DNA of 64,000 nucleotides, taken from NCBI GenBank assembly GCA_013416795.1, contig RQSC01001125.1:9892-73891 (forward strand), in the 5' to 3' direction. Shown here piece after piece: positions 45,344 through 58,650 of this stretch. The notes below the pieces were generated by a model, which saw only the letters and a list, made by a program, of their open reading frames with translations, was not told the origin of the DNA and made no database searches. Source of the stretch: Prasinococcaceae sp. CCMP 1430 (Eukaryota > Plantae > Prasinodermophyta). Position numbers and translations under genes: made by a program. Numbering within the stretch: position 1 is the stretch's first letter; each line of letters begins with the position of its first letter.

Positions 45344-46433
45344 CATAGGGTCTAAAAAATGCGTGCGCTGCCGCGCGGCGTCCTCCCAAAGACCTCGGCG
45401 GCGCTCCTCTTCCCCTCCCCCTGGCCGGCCCCCGCGGGGCGTCACGCGACGGCGAGGGCGACGGCGGCGAAGACGGCCGCTGCGGCGGCGAAGCACGACG
45501 CGGTGATGGCGGCGAAGGCGCCGGCGCGGCCCATGCCGAGGCGGCTGGCGGAGCAGCGCGAGCGCTCGCGCACGCACCAGCTCATCTTCATACTCGGCCT
45601 CCACCGCCGCGCGGCTTGGCTGAGCAACCGCGCGCATGGCGCACTGCTGGGTGCTTGCGCGACGACGCCCCGCCCCGCACTCGCCCTTGCCGGTGCTACG
45701 CAAGACAGCTCCCGCGCGCGCTCAAGCGCGCGCGGAAAGCGCAGCCGCCGCGGCACGCAGGCTCGCGCGCCGCGCCGCCAAAAAATCGCGCCACGTACGG
45801 CGAGCTGTCGGCAGGCTGCTCACGTCCTCCTGCGGCGACGCCTTCCGCGCGCTGAGTGGCGCCCTCCTCCACACACTCACACCCTTACCCCGCAACCTGC
45901 GGAGCAGCCCGCTCGCCTCCCCGCGCCTGACGGGACCGCGGCACCCGCCGTCGCCCGTGTGTGTGCGAAAGAAGCATATCCCCCTCCCCGGAGAGAGCCC
46001 TGCGGTCCGCTGCGGCCACGCAGAGGCCAGAGGGCGCCGCCGCCGCTGCCCTCCTCGCCGCCGTGGCCGGCGTCGCCAGCGCCCTCGCCGAGGACCTCAC
46101 GCCACGTGCCCGCCACGTGGCATATCTTTTTTTTCTTTTTCGAGCCCCGCTTTTGACGTCGCTTAAATGTACCCACGGGAGACTCTGTGAATGTCAAAAT
46201 GAATTGGAAAATTCGAAACTGTTTTTTTTTCGAACGCGAGCGTTCGATTCGCCTGCCAGCGAGGGACTGCAGGGGACGGGACGGCGGCGGTGCCACGCAC
46301 AGGAGGGGCGGCGCTGCCGGCGCGAGGCGCGGCGCGGTGGGCGACGCCGCGGCGTCACGAGCGCCCGCACGTTACCGTCCGCGCGCGCGAGCCGGGAGCG
46401 AGCGCCGCGCACCCTGGGGCGCGCGAGAGGGGG

Positions 46434-48382
<1,949 letters not shown>

Positions 48383-48756
48383 NNNNNNNNNNNNNNNNNN
48401 NNNNNNNNNNNNNNNNNNNNNNNNNNNNNNNNNNNNNNNNNNNNNNNNNNNNNNNNNNNNNNNNNNNNNNNNNNNNNNNNNNNNNNNNNNNNNNNNNNNN
48501 NNNNNNNNNNNNNNNNNNNNNNNNNNNNNNNNNNNNNNNNNNNNNNNNNNNNNNNNNNNNNNNNNNNNNNNNNNNNNNNNNNNNNNNNNNNNNNNNNNNN
48601 NNNNNNNNNNNNNNNNNNNNNNNNNNNNNNNNNNNNNNNNNNNNNNNNNNNNNNNNNNNNNNNNNNNNNNNNNNNNNNNNNNNNNNNNNNNNNNNNNNNN
48701 NNNNNNNNNNNNNNNNNNNNNNNNNNNNNNNNNNNNNNNNNNNNNNNNNNNNNNNN
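48383..48756. other. Assembly gap (N run)
   Basis: 374 consecutive N. Confidence 1.
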
Positions 48757-49010
48757 AGCGGCACGGAGTCGGGCACCCGCGCGGACGGTGCGAGCGCGAC
48801 GCACCTGACGGGCCTGCGGCGCAGCGAGCTGGAGGCGTGGGCGGCTGGCGCGCTGCCGGAAGGCCTCGCGACGCCCGCGCGCGCACGTGCGCTCTGGCGA
48901 GCGCTGTACGCTGCGTCGACCGACCCGGACGCCGTGTGGCCTGCCACGGCCGAGTCGCTCGTCGCGGCGGGCGTGGGCGGGAAGTACGTGGCGGCGGCGG
49001 CCGCTGGGAG
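48757..49010 (+). pseudogene. Fragment resembling the N-terminal helical region of RlmN/Cfr radical-SAM RNA methyltransferases
   Basis: HLTGLRRSELEAWAAG...PARARALWRALY matches the recalled L.GL.R.EL....RA.QLW.WLY pattern. No radical-SAM CxxxCxxC core follows. Confidence 0.45.
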
Positions 49011-49029
49011 CTCGCGGCCGAGCACGCGG

Positions 49030-50092
49030 CGGCGGCACGGCGCTGCCGGCGCCGCTCGCGGCGGCGGCGTGCCTGTTTTGCTTCACGCTCGGCGCCACGC
49101 TCAACACGATGGATGCGCTGCCGTCGCTCGGCGCGGGCGCCGGGTTCGGGCCGCACGGGACGGCTGTCCGTGCACACGTGCGGCGAGCAGCGGCGGAGGT
49201 CAAGCGCATCGGCGCGATTGATCCTGTGCCTGGTGGGGATGCACGCTCGGGCGGGCCGCGCGACGTGTTTGCAGCTGATTCCGCTGCAGCGAGCGGCGGC
49301 GGTGGTGCGAGTGGCGGGGACGCGCACTCGGGAGGGCTTCACGGCGTTCCGCTGCCCGCTGGCGCGCAGCAGTACCGCACTGCGAGCGCGGTGGGCGCCA
49401 CGGGCAATAATTACCTCAGCGTGTACCCCTTCCAGGTGTTGAGCTGGTCACCGCGAGCACTCTACTTTCCAGCCTTCGCCAACCACTCGTTGTGCGAGGA
49501 GATCATCAAGATGAGCGAGCGGCGGCTTGGCCCCTCGGCGCTAGCGCTGAAGCGCGGCCAGACCGCCAAGGGTACGGAGGACATACGCACGTCGAGCGGC
49601 ACCTTCTTATCGGCCAATAGGGATGGCACCGGTGCGCTCGCCTGGGTCGAGAGGAAGATTGCCGAGGTGACTGGCGTGCCGCCCTTTCACGGGGAAGCGT
49701 TCAACGTGTTGCGCTACACTGCAGGCCAGCACTACGACCAGCACTACGACACCTTCGATCCGGCTGAGTACGGCAAGCAAAGCTCGCAGCGCATGTACTC
49801 ATTTCTACTGTACCTCAGCGACGGCGTGGAGGGCGGCGAGACCATTTTTCCGAAGAACGACGAAAACCTGCTGAGGAGCGTCGACTACAAAAGTTGCGAC
49901 GTCGGCCTCAAAGTGAGCCCGCGCCGGGGCGATGCGCTGCTCTTCTACAACATCGCGGTGAACGGCACCTTCGACAAGGCCAGCCTGCATGGCGGTTGCC
50001 CGGTGAAGCAGGGGACCAAGTGGGTGGCGACGAAATGGGTACGCGACAACGCCCACGGCGAGCTTCGGGACGGGCCCTTCGACGCGTGGTAG
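49030..50092 (+). CDS. P4H: Prolyl 4-hydroxylase (2OG-Fe(II) dioxygenase, plant/algal type); start codon unresolved
   Basis: N-terminal TM ACLFCFTLGATL, VLSWSPRA, RTSSGTFL, GEAFNVLRY..GQHYDQHYD (HxD), LYLSDGVEGGETIFP, LHGGCPVKQGTKWVATKW. Confidence 0.92.
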
Positions 50093-50733
50093 AAGCCTAC
50101 GCGTTACGCTGCTGAGCAGCCAGCGGTGTGCAGCGAGCTCGTTCCCCAGCGGCGATCACCGGCCCGCGATGGCGCCGGTCACCCTCCTTCTCGCATGTGA
50201 ACCCTAATAAGGCAACCCATTGTCACCCCAAAACTCCCATTTGCTTTCGAGTCTCATTTCATCCAGTCAACTTGCATTGAACCCAAACGTCCCCAGCGAC
50301 GCGTCGCGAGGTCAAAACGAAGGGTCGGGAACGCACACAGGGAAAATTCCATCAGAAACGCTGATCCGATCGCGCAATACTGCGGCCGGCGCCACAGCGC
50401 GCGCGCCGGGGCGACGGGCAGGCGGGCGGGGCGGTGTGGCGCGGCGCGGCCGGGGCGCTCGCCAGTGAGGCCCGCGAGTCGGGCGCGTNCGCGCGAGCGG
50501 GCGAGCGGGCGCGGCTGCGGGCTGGCGGCCGGCCGGCGGCGAGGCGGATAAGGCAGGCGAGGCGCATGGCGTGTGGGCGAGCGATGCGATCGATGCGTAA
50601 GCCCGAGTGAGCTGACATGACCCGCCCGCCCTCGCCGTGCCGCGGACGCCGACACCGACGACACCGCCGCTGGCGACGACGACGTTGTTGCTGCCGCACG
50701 CAATCGCACACGCGCCCCAATTCGTGGACGCAG

Positions 50734-51918
50734 ATCACCATCGCCTTTGCCGCCGTCGGCATCATATACGTCGGTGCGCTGATCGCCAAGTTGTTCACCT
50801 ACACTATCGCGTGGGTGCGCCCGGGCCGCAAGCTCCGCAAGTACGGCCAGTGGGCGGTCGTGACCGGAGCCACCGACGGTATCGGCAAGGGTGTGTGCAC
50901 GCGCGTCCCCCCCCCCCCCCCCCCGACCCCACCCCCTGGGTGTGTTGTCTGCGCTCATGCTCTTCGCGTGCTCGCGACGCGCTGACGCTTCGTGTGCCGC
51001 AGCGTACTGCTATGAAATGGCTAAGCAGAAACTCGACGTCGTGGTGATGGGCCGCACCGAGTCCAAAGTGAAGGAGCTCTGCTCGGCGCTCGAAACCAAG
51101 TACGGCGTCAAGACGCTCGCGCTGGTTGAGGACTTCAGCGCGGCTGATCAGGCGATGTTCGACCGCGTCGCGGGAGCCCTCAAGGGCCTTGACGTGGGCG
51201 TGCTTATCAACAACGTGGGCATGTCGTACCCCCACGCGAAATATTTCACGGAGTGCGTGCATCGCGCGGCGCCCGCCGTCCCCGAGTGACACACACACAC
51301 GCACACACACACACACACCAACACCCCGACACCACAACACCCGCCCCCACGCCCCCTCGCCGTGCGCGCGCATGCGATCTTGCGTGTCTGTGCTGACAGG
51401 ATGCTCGCAGGGTGGACTCGAAGCTCATCGATGACCTGATTCGCATCAACATCTACACGACGACGCAGATGACCAAGACGGTGCTGCCCGGCATGGAGGC
51501 GCGCAGGCGCGGCGCGGTCGTCTTCATCGGGAGCGGGAGCGCGACTGTGCTGCCCACCGACCCGCTGTATGGTGTGTACGCTGGTGCCAAGGGCTACGTC
51601 GAGCAGTTCGCGCGCGCGCTCGCCGTCGAGTGCAAGCCGCGTGGGGTGGATGTGCAGTTGCAGGCGCCGCTCTTCGTTGCCACCAAAATGGCGAAGATCC
51701 GCAAGGGCTCGCTCACCGCGCCGGCGCCGGCGGTATACGCGCGCTGGGGCACGGGCGCCATCGGCTACGAGACCGTCACGACGCCCTACTGGGTGCACAC
51801 CATCATGTGGGGCATCATCTCGCTCATGCCACTCAAGCTGTGGGACGCCATCCGCATGTCGCAGGTGCGCTCCATCCGCAAGAGGGCGCTCGCCAAGAAG
51901 GGCAAGAAGTCTTCCTAG
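50734..51918 (+). CDS. KCR1: Very-long-chain 3-ketoacyl-CoA reductase (KCR1/HSD17B12-like SDR); first exon unresolved near N 50489
   Basis: YGQWAVVTGATDGIGK|AYC across intron 50891-51002, LINNVGMSY, intron 51253-51410, YGVYAGAKGYV (YxxxK), VATKMAKIRK. Confidence 0.92.
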
Positions 51919-52350
51919 GCAGAGCGGGCGGAATGCCTGGGGCCTAGCGCGCATGCGGCGCGCCTTAGGGTGCTGTAGATGTCGTGCTTGCGAAAATGTC
52001 TTTAAAAAGTAACGTGCTGGCGTGCGTTGCGTGCGTCGTGCATTTCGTCGTGCATGGATGCATGCGCGCGAAGCGATGCGTGCACACCGTCGTTGGGTGT
52101 CATCGCGCGCATGGAGCCAACTGCATTGAGGAGGCAGGCACTGCTGTCCACATGATGGACGATAGGATCGATAGATGACATGGTAGTGACATAGTAGTGG
52201 CGTGTGAAGGTGAGATGTCAGTGGTAGAATCGGCATTCGTGGTGGTTCTCGGGCGGACACAGTGGGCATGACGCGCTGCCGGTGTGTGCGTCGGTGCACA
52301 CGGCGTGGGCGTCGGCACGGCGGCGATCCGGACGATCGTTGGAGTCAGTG

Positions 52351-55300
52351 TCAGAAGAAGAAGCTGAAGGCGCTCATGTTCGGATCCAGGAACTGCGTCG
52401 AGCGCGCAGGTTGGTCAGGCGGGGTCGTCTTCGCCGCGGACGCCGCCTGTGCCATATCGGCAGCACGGCTGCGCGCTGATGAGTCGTCATGCAGGACGCC
52501 CCTGCTCGCCTCAAAGTGAAGCGATTTGGGCGCATCGAGCGCGTCAGGGTGAAGCAGGGGCAGCGGAAGAGGCGGGGGAGCTGGGCGAGTACGAGGAGAG
52601 ATGTCCGTGTTGGCAGTCGGAGGCGTCGGTGTTGGCACAGGCGCGAGCGTGTGGCCATGATCGTCGTGCAAGCGTGGCTGCCGCGTCGTAGGCTGCTGCG
52701 GGCTCCTCAGGGCCGAGATGCGGTTGGGCACAGCAGGAGTTGACCTGCTGCTTGCGAGCGGCTGACGAGCCGATGCCGGGAGGCGTTGCTGCGAACATTC
52801 ATTCAGGGCCCCTTGCCGCTGCTGCGCGAGAATGTCGCTGGCCATGCGGAAGGATGAGAATGGGCTGTGCCCAGCCCCAGCACCCGGTACCCCCGCCGAC
52901 CCGCGTGGTGAGACGCGATCCCTTGCTGCAGACGAGAGGTCACGTGACGAGGACGAGGACTGCCTCTGTCGCAACGCTGCGAGGCGAGCAGCTTCTCCGG
53001 GGGGCGTGCCCGTATCGCTCGATTGCTGCCGTGTCTGCGGCTGCTGGATGAAGTGCTGCACCGACACCCCGTCTCCCCCAGCGAGGTCAACAGAATGAGC
53101 GCCCTCATCAAGGTGCTGCAGATCATACAAGAAGGATCCTACTGGTGAAGGCACTTGTTGGACTCTGCTGCTGGGAGTGACATCAGATGGTGGCGGGCGC
53201 GTCGTCGGCTCCAGCGGGTGTGGCTGCTGGTGCCGGTCATGTGCTGAAAGCCAAAAGCCACTGCCGCTCCCCCCGTGCACCGGTGCTTGTTTGGGTGGTG
53301 CTTCGTGGGTGGCCGATGGTGGTGCTGGCGCTGCGTCTGTTGCTGCACCCAGGCCACTGACACCAATCTGATGCCCCTGTTGATCAAACGCGGGCGTCGT
53401 CATCGCCGCCGCTGCCATGCCTCCGTGCGTTGCGGCCCCTACCGAGGCCCCCTGCCGCAAGGTGTCGAGAGCTGCGGGTGTCCTTTCACCAAGAGCGAAT
53501 CCTGCGTGGGCGTCGCCACCGGCATTGTCTGAAGGGGTGTCGACGTCGTTTGTGAGAAGGGGCTGACGCCGTGGTGCCTTGCGCGAGCTACCGCCGGAGC
53601 TCGTGCCTAGTGTTCGTTTTGCAGCGGGTGCCTTGCTGGCGGTCTTGCGTTTGCCAGGTTCGCACTCGGCAAGCGACTTTCGCCAACGTGACCAGTCGTC
53701 GTCGTCCCACATGAGACCCCTCTTGCTGCAGGAGCGTCGCCATCATGTGACGGTGATTTGAGTTTGCGTAGTGGAAAGCGGATCGAGTTTGAGATCGCGC
53801 GCGCGCTGATTAGCTACTGCCAGTTCGAGCTCTACTCACAATGCTGGGATAAGTGCGCGCCGCATGGCTTTCCTTCCGCTGGTCCGCCGCGCTTGGCGCG
53901 CGCTGAGCGCATGCGTACCAGCACATGTGCTTGCATGTAGTGCGGTCTTTGCAACGGCACTTGCAAGGCGGACGCCCCTGCATCCCAGTTTTCTGCTTCT
54001 TCTTTTGAAGTTCCTGAGCCTGTTCCAGCCGCTGCTGCTGCTGCTGCTGCTGCTGCTGCGTCTGTGCATCAAGGTCCACCTGGAACTCGCTATCGGTTGT
54101 GCTAGGCGTGCCGTTGCCGAGAAGATCGAACGCACCGCTGCCAATCTCCAGAGAATTGCGCGCAGGCGGCGGCTTTGCAGCAGCAGGGCTCGGCGACATC
54201 GTGCGGTTGAGAGAAGACTGTACCATGCGACGTTGTGATTGCTGCAGTCCCCCGGCGGCGCCAGCGGGACTGCTGGTGGGGCTGCCGTTGCTGCCAGCAA
54301 TGGTGATTGCCCTGTCGCAACCGACGAGACGCTCGTTGATGAGCCACGCACGGATAGCCTCACCTGGCCCAAGCATGGATGGCACCTGCACGGTCAATTC
54401 GAGGGGAGAATTGAATCTGCACAAGTCGATGCGCTCGCGCAGGAAGATGGACTGGGTGCCCGTGGAGCCGAGGCAGACCACCGCCCAGCGCGCTCCCGGG
54501 TCGGGCTCGGGCTGGCGCGCCGTCGCTCCCGCGTCGTCGGTGCGAGAAAGAACAACACTCACGCGCATGTTGCCGCCAGGTGCCGCCGACGTGGAGGCGC
54601 GCAGCTGCACGTCTGGAGGCAGCATTGCCGCCACCTTGCCCTTGAGCTGCTGGCCGAACGGGTAGTCCTTCATGCACGCGCGCTCCAGGAGGCGAGTATC
54701 GGCGTTTGCAATTGAGCTGAAGCTCGTGAAACCGGCGCTAGCCAGGCGCTGACTCAGCACCGGGCCGATGTCGGGCAGCTGGCGCGCCACCAACTTCGAG
54801 TCGTGCCACAGGCGCTGGCGTGATGCTTTGGCCAGTCGCATGGCACCAAGGTACATGTCGAGCCTCAAGACGCTCGTGCAAGTGAAGTACTCTGCCATGA
54901 CTTTGCAGAGTCGCGGCACGACGTTGGCGAGCCCTCGCTCCTCGTTTATGCATTCAGCCGGCAGTGCATCTCGCCCGCTGGATGAATCCGAGCCAGCCCG
55001 AGCGCCGCCGCCGCCGCCGGATCCGGGGGTCTGGTCGAACTCGGGTGGTGGACCAATCATGTGGTTCATGAGGATCTTGGTTTTCTCTTGTCCTGAGGCG
55101 ATACGCTTGCGCACCTTGGCGTGATCGTCTGGATCGCGCGCCGGGAAGCGGCAGGCCGCCTTGTTGCGATTGAAAGCGTTCAGGCCGTTTTTCTCGTTGC
55201 GGCGAAGGCGCACATTCGAGAGCTCCGCAGATGCCGCGACCGTGTTGATGACAGCCTCCTCGGCGCTGATCCCCTGCGCAGGCCGGGCAGAGACGATGCG

Positions 55301-57148
55301 CTGCATCGTCGGCCAGCGCACGCACCAGCGAGCCATGATCACACCTGCTTCGGTCGACTCGAAGGACCGCCCGTCTGGCTTGAGGGTCAGCATGCCCGCC
55401 GCGCCGAGCTCCTTGGCAGCAGCTGTGGCGAGCGCCCGCAGCTTTTCGGACACGATCTCCGCATTTGCGCGCGCAGCGGGAGGAAGGCCGTAGTGACTTG
55501 GGTTTGACTTCATGCGCTGAAACATGAATGTTGTCTTCATCCAGTCTGCAGCCCGGTCGACGTCGTTGACCGTGAGCAGCGCGGCCTCGACATTCATTTG
55601 CTCGACCATCGTGGTCGCGAAGGCGCTCTCCAGCGGCTCGCCCTTGCCGATCATGGCACGATAGCGCGCCTCCTGCGTCCCGCGGCCCATGATCACGCAG
55701 GTACCGCTGTCGTCGAACTGCGGCCGACCAGCGCGACCCACCATCTGCTGGATGTCGCTCATTGGGTACTCCACATGACTAGCCTGGCCCGCGACGTAGC
55801 GTGCTGTCCCGCACACGATCACAAGGTGCGCGGGCAGGTTGACGCCCACCGCAAGCGTCGTCGTGGCCGTCACAACAGCAAGGTCGCCTGCAATGAACAG
55901 CCTCTCGACGAGCTCGCGGTCAGCAATATCGAGGCCAGCGTTGTGATGCGCGACGCCAAAACGGATTGATGCCCTCAGCTCGCGATCCTTAGCGAGCGCT
56001 GCCGCGCGGTCGAGGCGTTGGGCCTGTTGCTGCGTGCATACGAATGAGTTGGCATTGGCGCGTGAGTCCTCTGCCAGCCTCTTCGCGCACTCCACGGCTT
56101 CTTTGCGCGTGGCCAGAAACACCAGCGAGGGCTTGGAGTCTGAGTACTTGTTCACGACCGAAAAGAGCTGTTTCTGCAGCGTAAATTTGGTGAACATGAA
56201 GTCTGACGAGCGCGTGTCATTGAAGCCAAGCACAACGCGCTTGAGCTGCACCGGTCGGTGCTCCTCGCCAAAGCGTTTGATGTTCTGCGGCTGGCACTCG
56301 AGCCACTGCCCGACGTCCTGCAAGTTCGGGATCGTCGCTGACACGGCAACGACGCGCAACCTACTGATAGGCGCGTTTCTCAGCTCAGGGAAGCGCGAGA
56401 GCAGCCGCAACCTGCTCACCACAGCTTCCAGGATCGAACCGCGGTCGTCGCCGACGGTGTGCACCTCGTCGAGCATCAGCAGGCCGACCTCGCCGTAGAA
56501 GCTCATGCCGCTCGTGCCGCCTTTGTTCTGCAGGTGCCACGGCGCACGGCTCGTTGAGTCCAGCTTTTCTGCGGTGCACACAAGCACGTCAGCGTCCGCG
56601 AGCGCCGCGGCGTCTGCCGCCTCATCAGTGTCTCCGGTGAGCTCGTGGAGCTTGATGCCGAGCAGGCCGAGCCGCTTGCGCCACTCCCTGAGCTTCTCCT
56701 GAATGAGGCTCTTCAGTGGCGCGATGTAGAGCGCCTTCACATCGCGCATGGCATGCGCCTCCGGCGGAGCGTTGGGGGGCGCAGCTCGCGCTGCGGCGCG
56801 GAGCTCGAGCATGCGCAGGATGGCGAGCTCGAAGGCGACCGTCTTCCCGCTGCCCGTCGGGGCTTGCAGCACGACGTTGTCGTCCGCACCGCGTACCGTG
56901 GGCAGGATGTTGCTCTGCAGCGCGTTGAAGAAGCGGAAGGAAAAGCACGCGCGCTCGCGCTGCGGCAGGGAGCTCACAGGCACGAGCGCGTAGTCCTCGT
57001 TGCTGCCAGCCGCAGCGCCATCCCCGCCATCGCTCCGCCGCGAGGAGGGTGCCTCGTTCCAGCTGCTGGGCCCGCCACCTCCAGCAACAGCGGAGGCTTG
57101 CGCGCCGCTGCTCAGCCGCCGCACCTCCCTCGCCGCAGCGCCCGCCAT
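52351..57148 (-). CDS. MER3: Meiotic crossover DNA helicase MER3/HFM1 (about 1,534 aa)
   Basis: FNALQS, APTGSGKT, LDEVHTVGDDRGSILE, SATIPN, ATTTLAVGVNLPAHLV, QMVGRAGRPQFD, then a Sec63 region. Zn-finger CKCRCKDRTTCKHMC|CK is completed by intron 53726-53918, followed by a long disordered tail. Confidence 0.93.
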
Positions 57149-57886
57149 CGATCGCCGCCTGCAGCCCGGGAGAGCGCGGCGCGGCCCGCTCAGGAGAGCG
57201 GCAGGCGCAAAAAAAACGCGCCCGCGGAGAAAGAATAGAGGCGCAGCACGAGGATGCACGGCCCCGCGCGGCGCGGCGCGGGGGCGGGGGGTGGGGAGTG
57301 GCACACTGCGCGCGAGTGGACGCACGGACGCCTCGCCTGCTCGCCCTCCCCCTGTTCTTTGCTTCGTTCCCACCGCACAGGCTTTCGGTCGAGATGGCGG
57401 CCTCGCGGGCGGCGGCGGCGGCGCCGGCGGCGCGCGAGCGAGGGGCGCGCGCGCGCGCACGCCCCTCGCCCCTCGGCACTGCCGCAAGCTTGTAGGAGAG
57501 GGCGGGGCGGGGGAGGGTGCAGAGGGGGGCGGGGCGCGCGGCGCGCGCGCCGTGTGGCGCGCCGCCGCCAACAATGCCAACAACGTGCGCCGGCGCAGCA
57601 ATTGCGATTTTCCGGGTTTGCGAAGCTGCGGATTTCGGAGACTCCGCACGAAACGGAACGCCGCGCTCGGACCCTTCCGCATGTTTGGCTGTTGAGTGCG
57701 TTCGCGCATCAAAGACGGAGAAAGCGCGGAAAGCGGCGCACGCGATCCGCGATGCGATGCCGATGCGATGCGATGCGATGCGCCGCTTGCCGCGGCGCGC
57801 AGTGCGGGCGCGCGGGCGGCGTGCCGCTGTCACACCCCGTCCCGGCCACGGCCGCTCCCTGGCGTCCCCGTGCTCGCTCGGGGGGG

Positions 57887-58498
57887 ATGGCAGCTGTGGC
57901 GATGGTCGCGCCCGCCGCCAAAGCCGCGCGCGGCGGCGCGCGCGCACGGCGCGCCGGAGCCCTGGGCCGGCACCCGAGGAGCACGAGTGCTCACTCGCGC
58001 TTGCATGGCCCGTGCCACCGCGCAGCAGTGCGTTCGCTCGCTGCGCCTACTGGGCTCCAGGCGTTGCACATCGTCGAGACGGGCGCCGAGACGACAGTGG
58101 CGCTCTCGCTCGTGGGGGGCGCGCTCGCTGCGACGCTGACAGGCTCCCTCAGTCCGGCCGCTTGGGTCGAAGCCGAGGCCGAGTCACGATTCAAGGGGGA
58201 GATCGCGGCCGTCGCGGGTGCTGGCGCCTTGGCCGTCCTCGTCGCAGTAGAGGCGGCTCATGCGCTCGAGCCAGTCGCGCCATTCCTCCTGCGCGTGTGT
58301 GGCATGCTCGGCATTGCTGGCGCGTGCATTGTAGCGCTTGACAACGACGAGTGGGTGGCCGACCTGCGCGACGCGCTCGAGTACGAGTTCTCGGTCGGCG
58401 TTCTGAACGATTGGCGGAAAAGCTCCACGCGCGAGCAGAACGTGAAGGGGAAAAAGAGAACGCCGCGCGTGCGTAGGCGGGGCGAGAAGATAAAGTGA
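57887..58498 (+). CDS. Hypothetical membrane protein with a transit-peptide-like N-terminus (weak CAAD/CURT1-like resemblance)
   Basis: Ala/Arg-rich N-terminus MAAVAMVAPAAKAARGG, 2-3 hydrophobic segments and a basic tail. Confidence 0.55.
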   Translation: MAAVAMVAPAAKAARGGARARRAGALGRHPRSTSAHSRLHGPCHRAAVRSLAAPTGLQALHIVETGAETTVALSLVGGALAATLTGSLSPAAWVEAEAESRFKGEIAAVAGAGALAVLVAVEAAHALEPVAPFLLRVCGMLGIAGACIVALDNDEWVADLRDALEYEFSVGVLNDWRKSSTREQNVKGKKRTPRVRRRGEKIK

Positions 58499-58650
58499 GC
58501 AGGGTTCCGCTGACCCTCCGAGCGCAGGAGCGAGGACGTAGCTACGGACGCCAACGTGCGCAGACGGTCGCCTTATAGTGTGGGGGCGCGCACCCGGGCG
58601 ACTAGTCTGCAGCACATCCACGAAGAGTGCAAATATGAAATGCGAGCGCA

